A DNA stretch of 64,000 nucleotides. Source: an uncultured delta proteobacterium (GTDB lineage Bacteria; Desulfobacterota; Syntrophobacteria; BM002). The position numbers were made by a program, and so were the translations under genes. The notes under the pieces were generated by a model. The model was not told where the DNA came from and did not search any database. It saw only the letters and a program-made list of their open reading frames with translations. The stretch's first letter is position 1, and each line of letters opens with the position of its first letter. The DNA is taken from contig CAVQGX010000033.1 of the NCBI GenBank assembly GCA_963712115.1, positions 32,001-96,000 of the forward strand, written 5' to 3'. Below, in pieces: positions 62,680 through 64,000 of the stretch.

Positions 62680-63964
62680 TCTTTGTATTATATCAATCAA
62701 AGAACTACCGTCATATTTGAATACAAATATATCAGACAACACACTTGCAAGAGTAAATGCAGTTAGAAAAAAAACAAAATAATTTATTTTACTTTGTATT
62801 TTGTTCGATTTTTGCTGTGCCTTTTGCTCTAACTGTGTGTAATAATAATTGAAACGCGTACTTAATGTTTCAAATTTACTATTAAGACTATTCACAGTTG
62901 TCTGCGTATCCCATGTATTATAGATTCCATCGCAGACCTTCTTCTCGTCATCCACGCCGGCAAAATTCTGTGGTAATATCTCATAAGTAATTACATTGAT
63001 AGATAATTCAATGCGACGTATGGCTTCCAGCACCGTACGTATACCGTCGGGATCAAACGTTTGTTCCTCCTTGCTCAGAGAAAGAGCCCAGTCATAAAGG
63101 TATTTCTCAAGATCCCGGGCCATCGTGTAGTGATCTGTAATAAACTGCCAGAGATTCATAAGCCAAGTTTCTTGGTCGTCATTGGATACAATTGCGATGT
63201 GTCCATCATAACCTTCAGCGAGGTAAATTATGCCATTACTAAAATCATTATATTTCCTTGCCGACGAACCCGCAAAGCCTACTAGCCCTTTCTCGAGATT
63301 TCCTGGCTCGAACTTCAGATCACTTTCTTCATCGAATGAAAGTAGAGCACCTGTTCCGACAACTCTAGTTGGATTTCGTCCTTTAGCCCCGCGGAACAAG
63401 AAACCACAGAAATATATAATGATCACTTCTAAATTCAGCTTTCCTAATTCGAACATTCATTTATCAATGCGGAGTTTAGTCCACCTCCACCTGAACTACC
63501 ATTTTCCGTTAGATTTTCAAATCTCCAAGCAGCAAGCCAAGACGTTCAATCCCTCCTTCTTCTTCAAGTTCGCCTTTTATAAGGAAATTGATGCTCCCTA
63601 CACCATGGTCAAAATAAACAACGTTTTCTCTTATGTTTTCGGAGTCAAGCTTGAATCCAACGCACTCAGATTTCACTTTCTCATGAGTGATGACCTCTCG
63701 CATTATTCCTGTTGGTCCCACTAGCGTTCCAAGCAAATATCCATGTTTGGCTTGAAGAGACAAGGGGAATTGTTTGTCGAATTCCTCCGCTGACCACCGG
63801 TACCCTGTAAACTTCTCGCTATTGTTGAGTACTTTAGCGATATAATTCAATTTACGAAGTTGGTGAATCTGGTTGTCAGAATATTCGATTGAGCACCCTA
63901 AAGAGAAATGGAATGTTAAGAAAAACTTGAATTTTGTTGAAAGGCTAATATGCTCGATACTCAT
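62680..63964 (-). CDS. AT-rich hypothetical membrane protein (coiled coil then TM, CorA-like ending), probably one gene broken near 63480-63510
   Basis: ORFs 63509-63964 (AAGGAG RBS) and 62560-63456; ..QLEQKAQQKSNKIQSKINYFVFFLTAFTLASVLSD. Confidence 0.5.
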
Positions 63965-64000
63965 AATTGCCTTCTCCTTGCCAGCTTAGTCTTTAAAGTA

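Overview
This is a mostly core-genome bacterial segment; gene order (rpsB-tsf-pyrH-frr-uppS-cdsA-dxr-rseP-tsaB, ilvBNC-psd-pssA-leuCDB-asd, secA-argJ) suggests Desulfobacterota/deltaproteobacteria, which is an inference. The best finding is an archease-RtcB RNA-ligase operon whose rtcB is 'split' by one in-frame TGA at the catalytic metal-binding Cys (GYDIN-TGA-GVRL). The TGA is followed by an fdhF-like SECIS hairpin, so this is a candidate selenocysteine RtcB. Other points of interest: (1) a GreA paralog lacking both catalytic acidic residues, behind a structured leader; (2) a TSD-flanked MITE in the archease-rtcB leader; (3) a two-copy ~190-nt TA-flanked element with compensatory changes; (4) intergenic spacers packed with nested short-period inverted repeats, including one empty/filled site pair; (5) two sigma-54 promoters; (6) a right-end island with an IS3, an XRE + ImmA/IrrE (CapH/CapP-like) pair and a divergent Ycf46-like AAA ATPase. 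Sequence quality appears to fall after ~56 kb (many indels, poly-A noise at ~61.8-62.5 kb), so calls there are tentative. No rRNA, tRNA or CRISPR array was seen.
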